Shown: piece after piece, positions 38,549-48,515 of the stretch | Position numbering within the stretch: the first letter of the stretch is position 1 | How the letters are laid out: each line of letters begins with the position of its first letter | Source: Nitrospirota bacterium | GTDB taxonomy: Bacteria > Nitrospirota > Nitrospiria > Nitrospirales > NS-4 | NCBI GenBank assembly: GCA_963788195.1 | Contig: CAWBGA010000013.1 | Span: 316,227-380,226 of the forward strand | Direction: 5' to 3' | DNA length: 64,000 nt | Position numbers and translations under genes: made by a program | The notes under the pieces: generated by a model | Told to the model about the DNA's origin: nothing | Seen by the model: the letters and a program-made list of their open reading frames with translations, nothing else | The model's database searches: none

Positions 38549-40871
38549 TTGAGCATCGTCGAAAACAAATAGATACCTACGGGTTTTTATATTTGTCGTA
38601 ACGGCGTGTCTTGCCGGTTGCGCTGGATCAAAAGAGCCGGAGCGGATTTCTGCGGACCTCCTCATGGAGCAGGGCAAATGGGAGGAGGCGATCGTCGCCT
38701 ACCAGGAGGTGTTGAAGGGAGACCCCTTCAATCCCGCCGTACAGTCCAAGCTTGCCGTGGCGAAGGGACTCGCGGCCACCGGCTATGCGGATCAGGGCCG
38801 GGCGTTCCTGAAGGAGCACAAGACCCAATTGGCGCTGGAATCCTTTAAGCGTGCGTTGATGTTGGAACCGTCGCGCGTGGAGATTCAACAACTCGTCGCG
38901 CAGGCATTGCGTGCCAAAGAGGCCGAGGACAATCTCTTGAATGGACAGAAGTTATTAAAAGCAGGGCGATTGGAAGAGGCTGCTGAAGCGATGGAACAGG
39001 CGCTGCAATTTGACCCGAGCCTTACGGAGGCCCAGGACGCGCTCGTTCAGATTGCCGAAGCGCAACGCGCCGCCAAGGGGAAAGGCCTGTTCTCCAGCGC
39101 CTCGCGACAGCCCGTTACGCTGAAATTTCAGAACGCGCGCATGAAAGAGGTTTTCGAGGTCCTTGCCCGTGCGGGCGGGATCAATTTTCTTTTCGACAAG
39201 GACCTGAAGGACGATCCCATCACGATTTTTGTCAAGGACGCCAGCTTCGAAGAGGCACTCAATTTAATTCTCAAGACCCAAAACCTTTTCATGCGGCACG
39301 TGGCTCCTGAGACCATCCTGATCGTACCTAAAAACAAGCAAAAGATGGATCAGTACCAGGATCTCTTGATCCGCACGTTCTACATCTCGAACGGCAAAGC
39401 GAAGGACCTCGTCAATCTGCTGCGCACCATGCTGGAGAGCAAGCGGGTCTACGTGAACGAGGACGTGAACGCCATCGTTATCCGGGACAGCCCTGACAAG
39501 GTCAAGCTCGCGGAGCGAATTATTTACGCGAACGATCGCAAGCCCGGCGAGATCATGTTTGAGATCGAAGTGCTGGAGGTGGATAAGACCAAGAGCGACA
39601 GGTTCGGCGTAAACTTTCCGAAGCAGCTCGGCGCAGCCCTCGTTCCGCCGGGGACCACCACGTTCCCCGCTGCAGGCACAGCAACGACGTTCAGTCTTGC
39701 TCAGTTGACCTCGCTGGGGCCGTCGAGCTACCTGTTCCTCCTCCCGTCGAGTCTCATTCTCGATTTCTTTAAGTCTGAGTCCGAAGCCAAGACCCTGGCG
39801 AACCCCAAGCTTCGCGTGGTCAATAACAAGGTGGGCAAGATTAATATCGGTGACAAGGTGCCGATCCTGTTGTCCACCACCAGTACGATTCCAGGCGTAG
39901 TGCCAGGCACGGTTCCGACGCAGTCGACGATCACCTCGATTGAGTTTAAGGACACCGGAGTCAAGCTCTCGATCGAGCCCACCCTGCATCTCAATTTTCA
40001 GGTGAGCATCAAGCTGCAAATCGAAGTCACCAGGCTCGGTGATCGCGTCACGTTGCAAGAAAACCCCCTCATCCAACAATTCAGATTTGGAACGCGCACG
40101 GCCGAAACAACCCTCACGCTGAAAGACGGCGAGAGCGTCGTGCTCGGGGGACTGATTCAGGACGAGGACCGCACCACGGTTCAGAAAGTACCGGGGCTCG
40201 GGGATATCCCGGCGCTCGGTTGGGTCTTCAAGGTTGAGACCAAGGACGTGGTCAGGACGGATGTCCTTCTGACAATCACGCCGCACATCGTCCGCAGTCT
40301 CGAGATGCCCAACGCCGAGGACCAGGCTTTCTGGTCGGGCACAGAGGAAACCTATGCGCTAAAGCCGCTCTTCACGGAGACCGCGGCTGTCGCAGAGGGC
40401 TCACCCGCCTTCGCCTCCATCAAGCCGCCAACGAGGCCCGCTACCGGCGCGCCCCTCAAACCGGTGATGCTCAGTGTCCGTCCCCCGGATGCGATCGGCA
40501 TCCTGGGACAGCAAACGACTGTAGACGTGCTCGTGGACAACGTTGAAGGCCTTCTCGAATCGGGCTTTACCATGACCTACGATCCTAAAGTCCTGGAATT
40601 TCGCGAGGCGCAGCAAGGCGAGTTCCTGAAGCAAGGGGGGACCGCGACGATGAGCGTCGACGCGAATCCGGTTACGGGGACGGTGGCCATTCAGCTGAGA
40701 CGCGGGGAAGGTGATCGGGGTGCCAGCGGTAGCGGCGTGCTTGCCAGCTTGACGTTTCTCGGCAAAGCCCCAGGGGTTTCACTGCTCGGGCTTGAGGCGC
40801 CGACGCTCATGGACGCCGGGAAGACGGCGCTGTCGGCAGGAAGCAGCCAGGGTGTTGTGAGGGTGCGGTGA
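38549..40871 (+). CDS. pilQ: PilQ/GspD-family secretin with N-terminal TPR region and C-terminal cohesin-like domain
   Basis: Secretin core ANPKLRVVNNKVGKINIGDKVPI...LKDGESVVLGGLIQDEDRTTVQKVPGLGDIPALGWVFK...DVLLTITPHIV. TPR-like helices at the N-terminus. C-terminal ~130 aa (TTVDVLVDNVEGLLESGFTMTYDPKVLEF...) is cohesin-like. An in-frame lipoprotein signal RVFIFVVTACLAGC upstream of ATG 38664 lacks a start codon unless one A of 38562-38565 is removed, which would give TTG 38549. Confidence 0.85.
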
Positions 40872-41365
40872 AGTCTGAGTCGGGGATAACTTTACTGGAG
40901 CTTTTGATCACGATCACGATCATCATGGTCGTGGCGTCGGCCGCCATGCCAATCAGCAAGATGGTGGGCAAGCGCACCAGAGAAATTGAGCTCCGCCAGG
41001 AACTTCGCATGATCCGGGCGGCAATCGACATCTTTAAGTTCGAGTGGGACCGTAAGGTCGGCACACTCTGCACCAAAAATAAGATCACGTGCGAGGAAGT
41101 CAGCGGGGTGTCGGGATATCCGAAATCCTTGGATGTCCTGTTGAAAGTGGACCTCACCGGAGATCAGGCGGCGGTGAAAGGGGCCACGGTGCGGCGATAT
41201 CTGCGCAAGCTCCCCGTCGATCCCATGACCAAGAAGACCGATTGGAAGTTGCGGTGCTACTCGGACGCGCCCGATGCCTCTTCATGGTGCGGGGAGGACA
41301 TCTATGACCTGTCCTCCGTAAGCGCGGACGTCGCGCTTGACGGCAGCAAATATAAAGACTGGTAG
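40868..41365 (+). CDS. GspG/PulG-like pseudopilin
   Basis: Prepilin N-terminus SG/ITLLELLITITIIMVVASAAMP. LRMIRAAIDIF...YPKSLDVLL...RRYLRKLPVDPMT...W. Confidence 0.75.
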   Translation: MKSESGITLLELLITITIIMVVASAAMPISKMVGKRTREIELRQELRMIRAAIDIFKFEWDRKVGTLCTKNKITCEEVSGVSGYPKSLDVLLKVDLTGDQAAVKGATVRRYLRKLPVDPMTKKTDWKLRCYSDAPDASSWCGEDIYDLSSVSADVALDGSKYKDW

Positions 41366-41368
41366 GAA

Positions 41369-41743
41369 ATGAACATCCAGAGGCAAGGGGGATTCACGCT
41401 TCTCGAACTGATGACGATCATTGTCATCATCGGCATCCTTGTGACCCTGGCGATCCCCTCCTATCGCGGAGCTGTGATCAAGGCCCGCGAAGCGGTGCTC
41501 CGACACGATCTCTTCACAATCCGTGATGTGCTGGATCAATATCGGGGCGACCAGGGTAAATATCCACCCAGCCTGAACGACTTGGTCAAATCCGGATATC
41601 TTCGCGCGGTTCCGGTCGATCCGATCACGTCATCCAACAGCACCTGGCAGGAGATCATTGAAACTACCGAGGGCGGGATTTTCGACGTCCATTCAGGATC
41701 AGACCTGGTGGCGTCAACCGGGACACCATACAACGAATGGTAA
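41369..41743 (+). CDS. GspG/PulG-like pseudopilin
   Basis: QGG/FTLLELMTIIVIIGILVTLAIP. DLFTIRDVLDQYRGDQGKYPPSLNDLVKSGYLRAVPVDPIT...W...IFDVHSGS...G.PYNEW (T2SS_G pattern). Confidence 0.8.
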   Translation: MNIQRQGGFTLLELMTIIVIIGILVTLAIPSYRGAVIKAREAVLRHDLFTIRDVLDQYRGDQGKYPPSLNDLVKSGYLRAVPVDPITSSNSTWQEIIETTEGGIFDVHSGSDLVASTGTPYNEW

Positions 41744-42504
41744 CGCATAGTCCGTGTCACTGTGGCTGCTTCCGGTCTTGTTTGATGACGGGATGTGCTG
41801 CATCGGGGCCAACCATCAAAGACTATCAGTTGATGACGCAGGCACTTCAGGCGGAGGTGCGACAGGCCCAGCGGACTATTACCGACCTTGAGGCGCAGTG
41901 GCAGGCGCTGCAACGAGATCTCGGAGAGGCACGTACGGTCAAGGCGCGGCTTGAGGGCGATATGCTCAATGCGGAGCGGAGATTACTCGAGGCGCGCCAT
42001 ATCGTGGAATTACAGCGCGAGGAACTGTCGCGTGCCACGGCCGAGCGGCAGCGAGTGACTCAAAACGCGCGCGAGGAGCACGTGTCATTGCAAGCGCAAC
42101 TACAAGCACAACTGACAGAGATCAGCCGGTTGAACCAGCAGGTGGCAGATGCTCAAACCGAGCGGGCTCGACTGCAGACGATGGATGACTTGATCGCGCG
42201 TCAAGTCAATGAAATGGCCGAGCTGAAGGCCGCCATCCAGGAGGCATTGCGCCGGCCCGTGCTCAAACCCGCGGAGAACATTCCGCCTGCTTTCCGGCCA
42301 TCAGCGATCGTGATTCCAGCTGCCGCCTACAGCGATCCTTCCGCTCTGTTTTCGAAAAGTGTAATCGTGCGCCGGGGCGACTCGTTGTGGGTCCTGGCCC
42401 GTCGCTACGGCATCTCGCTCGACGACCTCATAACGGTGAACGGGCTCAAGAGCGACTTGATCATCCCCGGGCAGAAACTGCGTCTTCCAGACCCACCTCC
42501 CTGA
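41737..42504 (+). CDS. Coiled-coil + C-terminal LysM lipoprotein
   Basis: LMTGCA lipobox-like N-terminus. Long heptad-rich region. LysM domain IVRRGDSLWVLARRYGISLDDLITVNGLKSDLIIPGQKLRLP. Confidence 0.7.
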   Translation: MVTHSPCHCGCFRSCLMTGCAASGPTIKDYQLMTQALQAEVRQAQRTITDLEAQWQALQRDLGEARTVKARLEGDMLNAERRLLEARHIVELQREELSRATAERQRVTQNAREEHVSLQAQLQAQLTEISRLNQQVADAQTERARLQTMDDLIARQVNEMAELKAAIQEALRRPVLKPAENIPPAFRPSAIVIPAAAYSDPSALFSKSVIVRRGDSLWVLARRYGISLDDLITVNGLKSDLIIPGQKLRLPDPPP

Positions 42505-42509
42505 GCGAC

Positions 42510-43721
42510 ATGTCGGTCTACCTCTATAAAGCGGCGCGGGCGGATGGGACTACCTTCGAGGGCAGCATGGAAGGCGCGAACGAGCAGACGGTTCGCGCGC
42601 AACTCGAAGGACAGGGCTGCTTCGTTTTCCGGCTGCGCTCGCGAGGAAGCTGGTTAGCCGTCCCTGGCTTCAATTTCCGGGTGCGACAGGGCATCAGCCG
42701 ACAGGAATTTTTGGTGTTCAATCAGGAATTCCTTGCGTTAGTGAAAGCCGGCCTCCCGATCCTTCGCGCGTGGGATTTGTTGATCGAACGCACGCGCCGG
42801 CCTGTTTTTCTGTCTGTTCTCCAGACGATCCGTCAGGACATTCGCAACGGTGTGTCGCTCTCCGGCGCGCTGGCGCAACACCCGCAGCTTTTCCCCGAAC
42901 TGTATGTCGCTACCATCAAGGCCGGCGAATATTCGGGGAATCTGTCCGAGGTCCTCCAGCGCTATATCGGCTATCTAAAGTTGATGATCGGCCTGAAGCA
43001 GAAGATCAGCAAGGCGATGGCCTACCCTGCATTCCTTGTTCTGACGGGGATCGCCGTCGTCGGGTTCTTGCTCACCTACGTACTGCCGACATTTTCTACC
43101 ATCTATGGCGATGCCAAGAACCTGCCTGCTCCGACGCTGGCATTGATGTCGGCGGTCAATGTCCTTCAGGCGCATCTGGTGACCTTCGGCTTGGGGCTAC
43201 TAGGGGTGATCCTGGCCGGCCGCCTGTGGCTTCGCACAAATGCAGGGCGAGAGGTGTGGGACCGCGTTGCTCTCAGGCTGCCGCTTGTCGGCGATCTTCT
43301 CGTAAAACATCATACGATCCAGCTTACGCGCACCTTGGCCACGATCTTCGCGGGGGGCATTCCGTTGCTGGAGGCCCTTCGGATCATCGCTGAGGGCGAA
43401 TCGAATCGGTTCCTCGCGGCAGGCCTCAAGGGCACGATCGAACAGGTCCGCGGAGGCGTCCGGCTTGCGGCCGCCTTGCAACAAACGGGGATTTTGCCGC
43501 ACATGGCGGTGGAGATGATCGCGGTAGGGGAGGAGACAGGCTCGCTGGATATGATGCTCCGCGATATCGCGGAGTTTCACGAAAACGAACTGGACCAGCG
43601 CCTGAGCCAGCTCACCACTTGGATCGAGCCGGCCCTTCTCTTGGTCATGGGTGTGATTGTCGGAGGCATCGTCATTGTCATGTATCTGCCTATTTTCGAG
43701 ATGGCCGGCACGGTGCAGTAA
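42510..43721 (+). CDS. pilC: Type IV pilus / T2SS inner-membrane platform protein (PilC/GspF family)
   Basis: MSVYLYKAARADGTTFEGSMEGANEQTVRAQLEGQGCFVF. Two GspF repeats (LALVKAGLPILRAWDLL, LATIFAGGIPLLEALRI). ATG 42510 preferred over the track start 42387. Confidence 0.9.
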   Translation: MSVYLYKAARADGTTFEGSMEGANEQTVRAQLEGQGCFVFRLRSRGSWLAVPGFNFRVRQGISRQEFLVFNQEFLALVKAGLPILRAWDLLIERTRRPVFLSVLQTIRQDIRNGVSLSGALAQHPQLFPELYVATIKAGEYSGNLSEVLQRYIGYLKLMIGLKQKISKAMAYPAFLVLTGIAVVGFLLTYVLPTFSTIYGDAKNLPAPTLALMSAVNVLQAHLVTFGLGLLGVILAGRLWLRTNAGREVWDRVALRLPLVGDLLVKHHTIQLTRTLATIFAGGIPLLEALRIIAEGESNRFLAAGLKGTIEQVRGGVRLAAALQQTGILPHMAVEMIAVGEETGSLDMMLRDIAEFHENELDQRLSQLTTWIEPALLLVMGVIVGGIVIVMYLPIFEMAGTVQ

Positions 43722-43726
43722 CAACG

Positions 43727-45469
43727 ATGGGACAACCGCCGATTACCTTTTCACGTAAAGCTCTGGCAGATCTTCTGCTCGAGAAAGGTCTGCTCTCCCG
43801 CGAGCAGCTCGACGGCGTTATGGGCAAGATGAACGGGGGCCGGGTGTCGCTTTCTCAGGTGCTGATCGATCAAGGCTTGCTTCGTGAGGAAGAATTGGCG
43901 ACGGTGCTCGCCGAGCAATGTGGGCTGGTCTATGATCCACTCAAAGACTATCGGGTGAACCAGCAGTACTACCAAACCATCCCCGTGGAGTTGATGCACC
44001 GGCATCCATTTGTTCCCCTACGTGAGCAGGACGGAGTCCTGCGACTGGCGATTGCCGATCCGCATGACCTGCCGGCCCTGGATGAATTGGAGATCCTTTT
44101 GGGCCGGCCTTTCACGATCGTCATCAGCACCCGATCTGCAATCCTCAAGGCGCTGTCCCGAAGCGAAGGCTCAAACCAAGCGCTCAAGGAACTCGAAGCG
44201 GAATACCGGTCGGTCCTGGTCAAAGAGGACGACCGCGGGGAAGAGGTGCTGTCGGTCGAGACGATCACCAAGGATCAAAGTCCGGTGGTCAAATTGTTGG
44301 ACACCATAATCTTGAGCGCGCTCCAGAAACGGGCGAGCGACATCCATATCGAGGCGAGCGATGAGGCGGTGCAGGTGCGACTGCGCTTGGATGGCATCCT
44401 GACGCCCGCCATGGAACCCCTGGATGCCAAGCTGCACGCGCCGCTGATCTCGCGGCTCAAAGTCATGTCGGAACTGGACATCGCGGAGCGGCGGGTCCCG
44501 CAAGACGGCCGGTTCCGCATGCGCATGGATCACAAGACGGTGGACTTTCGCGTGTCCATCCTGCCCAGCGCGTATGGCGAGTCCGTGGTGATCCGCATTC
44601 TTGATCGCGAGGCGATCACGGCGGGGGTGACGGCGCTCCGACTCGATAGCCTCGGGTTTAACCGCGAGGACCTGCGGAAGTTTCGTCGCTCGATCACGGA
44701 GCCGTACGGCATGGTCCTGGTGACCGGCCCCACCGGCAGTGGGAAGACCACGACGCTCTATGCCGCGATCAGCGAAATCAACATTGCGGACGATAAGATC
44801 ATCACGATCGAAGACCCCGTGGAATACCAGCTTTGCGGGGTGGTGCAGATTCCGGTGAATGAAAAAAAGGGCCTGACGTTCGCGCGAGGGCTGCGGTCCA
44901 TCCTGCGGCATGACCCGGACAAGATCATGGTCGGTGAGATCAGGGATGCGGAGACCGCGCAGATCGCGATCCAGTCCGCGCTCACGGGACATCTGGTCTT
45001 TACGACCGTCCATGCCAATAACGCGTTCGACGTCATCGGCCGATTCGTGAACATGGGTATTGAACCCTACAACTTCGTGTCCTCGCTGAACTGCATCCTG
45101 GCGCAGCGGTTAGTCCGTACGCTTTGCATGAACTGCCGGGAGGAAGCTGCGCTGGATCAGGCGCTGGCTCAAGAGTCCGGGCTGGACTACACGCAGTTTA
45201 AGGATGTGCCGGTATATGAACCTCGTGGCTGCCCCGAGTGTCACAACACCGGCTTTCACGGCCGTCAATGCATTACAGAGTTCCTGGACCTGACCCACCC
45301 GGTGAAGGAGATGATCCTGGACAAAAAACCGCCGTCGGAGATTCGCAAGCTTGTAGTGGCGGAAGGGATGACCAGCTTGCGAGAGGCGGCCCTGGAGAAA
45401 GTGTGGTCGGGCGCAACCTCCTTAAAGGAGATTAACCGCGTGACGTTTATCGAACAGTCGAGACGATGA
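43727..45469 (+). CDS. pilB: Type IV pilus assembly ATPase (PilB/GspE family)
   Basis: N-terminal MshEN-like region. Walker A GPTGSGKTTT. Asp box, Walker B MVGEIRD, His box. Tetracysteine CMNC...CPEC. Confidence 0.92.
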   Translation: MGQPPITFSRKALADLLLEKGLLSREQLDGVMGKMNGGRVSLSQVLIDQGLLREEELATVLAEQCGLVYDPLKDYRVNQQYYQTIPVELMHRHPFVPLREQDGVLRLAIADPHDLPALDELEILLGRPFTIVISTRSAILKALSRSEGSNQALKELEAEYRSVLVKEDDRGEEVLSVETITKDQSPVVKLLDTIILSALQKRASDIHIEASDEAVQVRLRLDGILTPAMEPLDAKLHAPLISRLKVMSELDIAERRVPQDGRFRMRMDHKTVDFRVSILPSAYGESVVIRILDREAITAGVTALRLDSLGFNREDLRKFRRSITEPYGMVLVTGPTGSGKTTTLYAAISEINIADDKIITIEDPVEYQLCGVVQIPVNEKKGLTFARGLRSILRHDPDKIMVGEIRDAETAQIAIQSALTGHLVFTTVHANNAFDVIGRFVNMGIEPYNFVSSLNCILAQRLVRTLCMNCREEAALDQALAQESGLDYTQFKDVPVYEPRGCPECHNTGFHGRQCITEFLDLTHPVKEMILDKKPPSEIRKLVVAEGMTSLREAALEKVWSGATSLKEINRVTFIEQSRR

Positions 45470-46366
45470 AATTTGCACATCCCCGATGCGCCTTAAAGCT
45501 CGGCCCCACCCATGCTGCGTGGGTGGACGTCTCCAGGCGCTGGTGGGGAGGCTCGCGGCATCACGCACAGCAGATTGACCTTCCCTCCGGTTTGCTGCGG
45601 CCCTCTCAGGAGGAACGGAATATCACCGACGAGACGCTCCTGCTGGAAAGGGTGCGCCCTCTGGTCGCCGGCTGCCTCCAAGCGGTGGTCGCTCCGGCCT
45701 ATCGTTCTGATTCTGTCGGATCTGTGCGTCCGGAGTCGGCTGCTCGAACTAGAACAGGTTCCGCCGCGAAGAATTGAACGGGATGCGCTCATCCGCTGGC
45801 GACTGGACAAGGAGGCATTTCCGATAGCGGGCAGCCGCGTTGTGTCCCAGATGGTCGGACCGAAGACGGTGTTGGCCGTCGTTATCCGGCAGACGGTGCT
45901 CGAGCAGTACGAAGCGGTCTGTCGCGCAGCCGGGTTGCTCGCCGTAGATATCGACATTGCCGGCTTTCGTCTGTGCAACCTGAGCATGTCTCTTGTGCCT
46001 CCGCAACAAACCGTCGCTTGGTTAGGCCTTCTAGACGGCGGCTTTAGCCTGATCATTTTACGCGATCAACGTCCCGTCTTTATTAGAACCAAGATTCAAG
46101 CGCGCTCGACTTCCGGTGCGGTCCTGCAAGACCTCCAGGACTCGCTTGCGTACTGCCGCGAACGACTCGGCATCGGCGAGATTCGCAGGCTCATTCTGGT
46201 GGCTGCAAGCGCCGGCGTCGAATTGGAAAATCTCCTCGGCACGGAGCTTGGGCTGGAGGTCATCCGGCCCGACTGGAACGAGATACCGCCGAAAAGGCGG
46301 CTGTCCGGCGATGATCCCGATCATGCAGGGATGCTGGCCGCCGCCGCCGGAGTTTTCGGGTCGTGA
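45466..46366 (+). CDS. pilM: PilM-like pilus assembly protein, one apparent frameshift
   Basis: ORFs 45466-45777 and 45512-46366 join near 45670-45700 (...RVRPLVAG / ...RPIVLILSDLCVRSRLLELEQVPPRRIERDALIRWRLDKEAFP...). Position immediately before pilN/pilO. Confidence 0.65.
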
Positions 46367-46932
46367 ATATCCGTCCGTTTCGCATCAATCTCAGCACGCA
46401 CCCCGGCCGTCATGTCGCGGTGATGCATGTCGGACTTGGCCTCCTGTCATTGCTGTTCATTGCTCTCATCGCCTGGGATTGGCGACAAGCTGAAATCATT
46501 CGTGAGCAGGGCCGAATGGTGGAGCAGGCGACCGCAAGGGTTCGGGAGCAAGACCAGCAGCTTCAGGCTCATGCCAAGGCGAACATGCTGGACGTGTCGG
46601 ACGCAGTTCTTCAGAGACTCCCGCGGGATGTAGCGTTCGCCAACCAATTGATCGCGAGGCGTGCCTTTTCTTGGACGCATTTTCTTCGTGACCTTGAAGC
46701 AGCGGTCCCTGAGGGGATCGCCATCCAGAACATCAAGGTGGACGTGAAAGCCTCCTCCATTGTCATGGGGGGTACCGCGAGCGGCTTAAAAGAGCTCACT
46801 GCCTTAATCATCGGCCTTGAAGACCATCCGGCATTTCAGCAGGCCGTACTCGGTCAACATCGAACCTTGGACAGCGGTTTCGTGGAATTCGGGTTGACAG
46901 TGCACTATAAGGCAACCACGCAGGGCGTTTGA
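46363..46932 (+). CDS. pilN: PilN-like pilus assembly protein
   Basis: N-terminal FRINL motif, a single TM (VGLGLLSLLFIALIAW), a coiled coil, then FSWTHFLRDLEAAVPEGIAIQNIKV. Confidence 0.75.
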   Translation: MNIRPFRINLSTHPGRHVAVMHVGLGLLSLLFIALIAWDWRQAEIIREQGRMVEQATARVREQDQQLQAHAKANMLDVSDAVLQRLPRDVAFANQLIARRAFSWTHFLRDLEAAVPEGIAIQNIKVDVKASSIVMGGTASGLKELTALIIGLEDHPAFQQAVLGQHRTLDSGFVEFGLTVHYKATTQGV

Positions 46933-47573
46933 TGCCGGACATGCGAGAAATAATGACATCGCCCTATGCGGGACTCTTTCCCTCAGGACTAGTGGCCATC
47001 TTATTCTGCGGCGCGTGGCTCGCAGTACATCTGTTGGTTCTGCAGCCCCTTCAGCAACGACAGGCGCAGCTCGATACCGACTGGGCGGTGGCCAGGCAGC
47101 ACCTGGCACAGCGTCTTGAGGCGAAGCAGACCATCAAGGACCTCGCTCAATTACTTGCCCTGCTGCCGTCCTCAAGAGATTTCTCGCAACTTCCCCTGGC
47201 CATGAGCGAGGAGGCTAAACGAAACAATGTGACGCTCGCAGGGTTGTCGTACACCATCGAGAAAAGTGACCAGATGCCTGCCGTGAAAGTGACTTTTAAG
47301 GGACCCGTTACCGGCCGTTACGAAGATCTTCGCCGATTCATTTACCACTTGGAATCCTCCGACCGCCTGCTGTTCATCGAAGATCTGGACGTCGGGCAGT
47401 CTGCGCTCAGCGAGAAAGACATAAAGCGCAGGGAGATGATGACTTTCACATTGCAAATCTCGACCTACATCCGGCAAACCGCTGGATCACTGCCTGCGGG
47501 AAAGGGTCGCGAGCAAAATGTAAGGAAGGCTTCTGCCGATCAGGAGCAGGCCGAGGTTATCCCATGGGCATAA
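46929..47573 (+). CDS. pilO: PilO-like pilus assembly protein
   Basis: TM (GLVAILFCGAWLAVHLL), a coiled coil, then VTFKGPVTGRYEDLRRFIYHLESSDRLLFIEDLDV. Overlaps the pilN stop. Confidence 0.7.
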   Translation: MMPDMREIMTSPYAGLFPSGLVAILFCGAWLAVHLLVLQPLQQRQAQLDTDWAVARQHLAQRLEAKQTIKDLAQLLALLPSSRDFSQLPLAMSEEAKRNNVTLAGLSYTIEKSDQMPAVKVTFKGPVTGRYEDLRRFIYHLESSDRLLFIEDLDVGQSALSEKDIKRREMMTFTLQISTYIRQTAGSLPAGKGREQNVRKASADQEQAEVIPWA

Positions 47574-47703
47574 AGACATGTCCTGGCACCGAGGGCCACG
47601 GGAAAAGGACGCGTCCCGACGCGTCCGGGGAGGGTGGGTGGAGTGGCGGGTGCCCGGGAAAAGAGGCTGTCTTGGCAGCCTCGGGGCTGGGCGGGTGTAG
47701 TAT

Positions 47704-48396
47704 ATGACCACGCGTGCCAAAGGGATGGCTCTTCTGCTTCTGCTCGTCATTTGGGCGGGCCTTGGGGCGTGGCTTCTCATGAACACGAATGAGCCGCAGC
47801 GGGTTCCTTTAAAATTCATCTCAGGTCAGTCCGGCGCGGAGGGAACCCGAGGACAGGGCAATGCCGCAAAGCGAATCGACCTCGCGCTTCTGATGGCTCA
47901 GCGGCAGAAGGCCGACAATTCCTTCATGGCGCCCAAGAATGTCTTTAGGCCCCTTAAGATGGAACGAGAGATCTCCGCCCCTGCGCCCCCTCCAAAAAAA
48001 CGTGAGATCCCACGGCAGGAGCTGTCGCCGGCGGTCCCCGGATACTCCGCCCGCTCCAGAGTCTCCAACCGTTTCTCCAACGCCTCCCCCGGAAGCGATG
48101 GCCATCCCGCCCGTCATTCCGGCCGCTCCACGCACTCCGGCTGCTCCGCCCGGGCCCAGCCTGAAGAGTTGGCAAGGCAGGCTGGACGCCAGGAACTGTC
48201 GCAATATCGCTATCTTGGCTATCTGACCCGGGCCGGGATGGATGAGGCATTCCTCTCCAGAGGGAAGGATCTGCATATCGTCAAGGCCGGCGAGACCATC
48301 AATCAACGTGTCCTCGTGAAAGCGATCACCCCGACCGGGGTCACTCTTCAAGAAACGGCTTCCCAGGTCGAACACACCGTCAAGCCTCTTCCATAA
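47704..48396 (+). CDS. PilP/GspC-like protein (TM + linker + C-terminal beta domain)
   Basis: TM MALLLLLVIWAGLGAWLL. C-terminal YRYLGYLTRAGMDEAFLSRGKDLHIVKAGETINQRVLVKAITPTGVTLQE. The middle segment looks out of frame (see findings). Confidence 0.5.
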   Translation: MTTRAKGMALLLLLVIWAGLGAWLLMNTNEPQRVPLKFISGQSGAEGTRGQGNAAKRIDLALLMAQRQKADNSFMAPKNVFRPLKMEREISAPAPPPKKREIPRQELSPAVPGYSARSRVSNRFSNASPGSDGHPARHSGRSTHSGCSARAQPEELARQAGRQELSQYRYLGYLTRAGMDEAFLSRGKDLHIVKAGETINQRVLVKAITPTGVTLQETASQVEHTVKPLP

Positions 48397-48515
48397 TCGG
48401 TCAGAGGGGCTACCGAAGGTACCGCCCGATGCGCAGGTTGGAGACTGTGCTGAAATGTGGAGATTCTTGATATAAGTATGAGCATGAGCTAGGCCGCGTT
48501 TAAAGGAGAGGCAGC

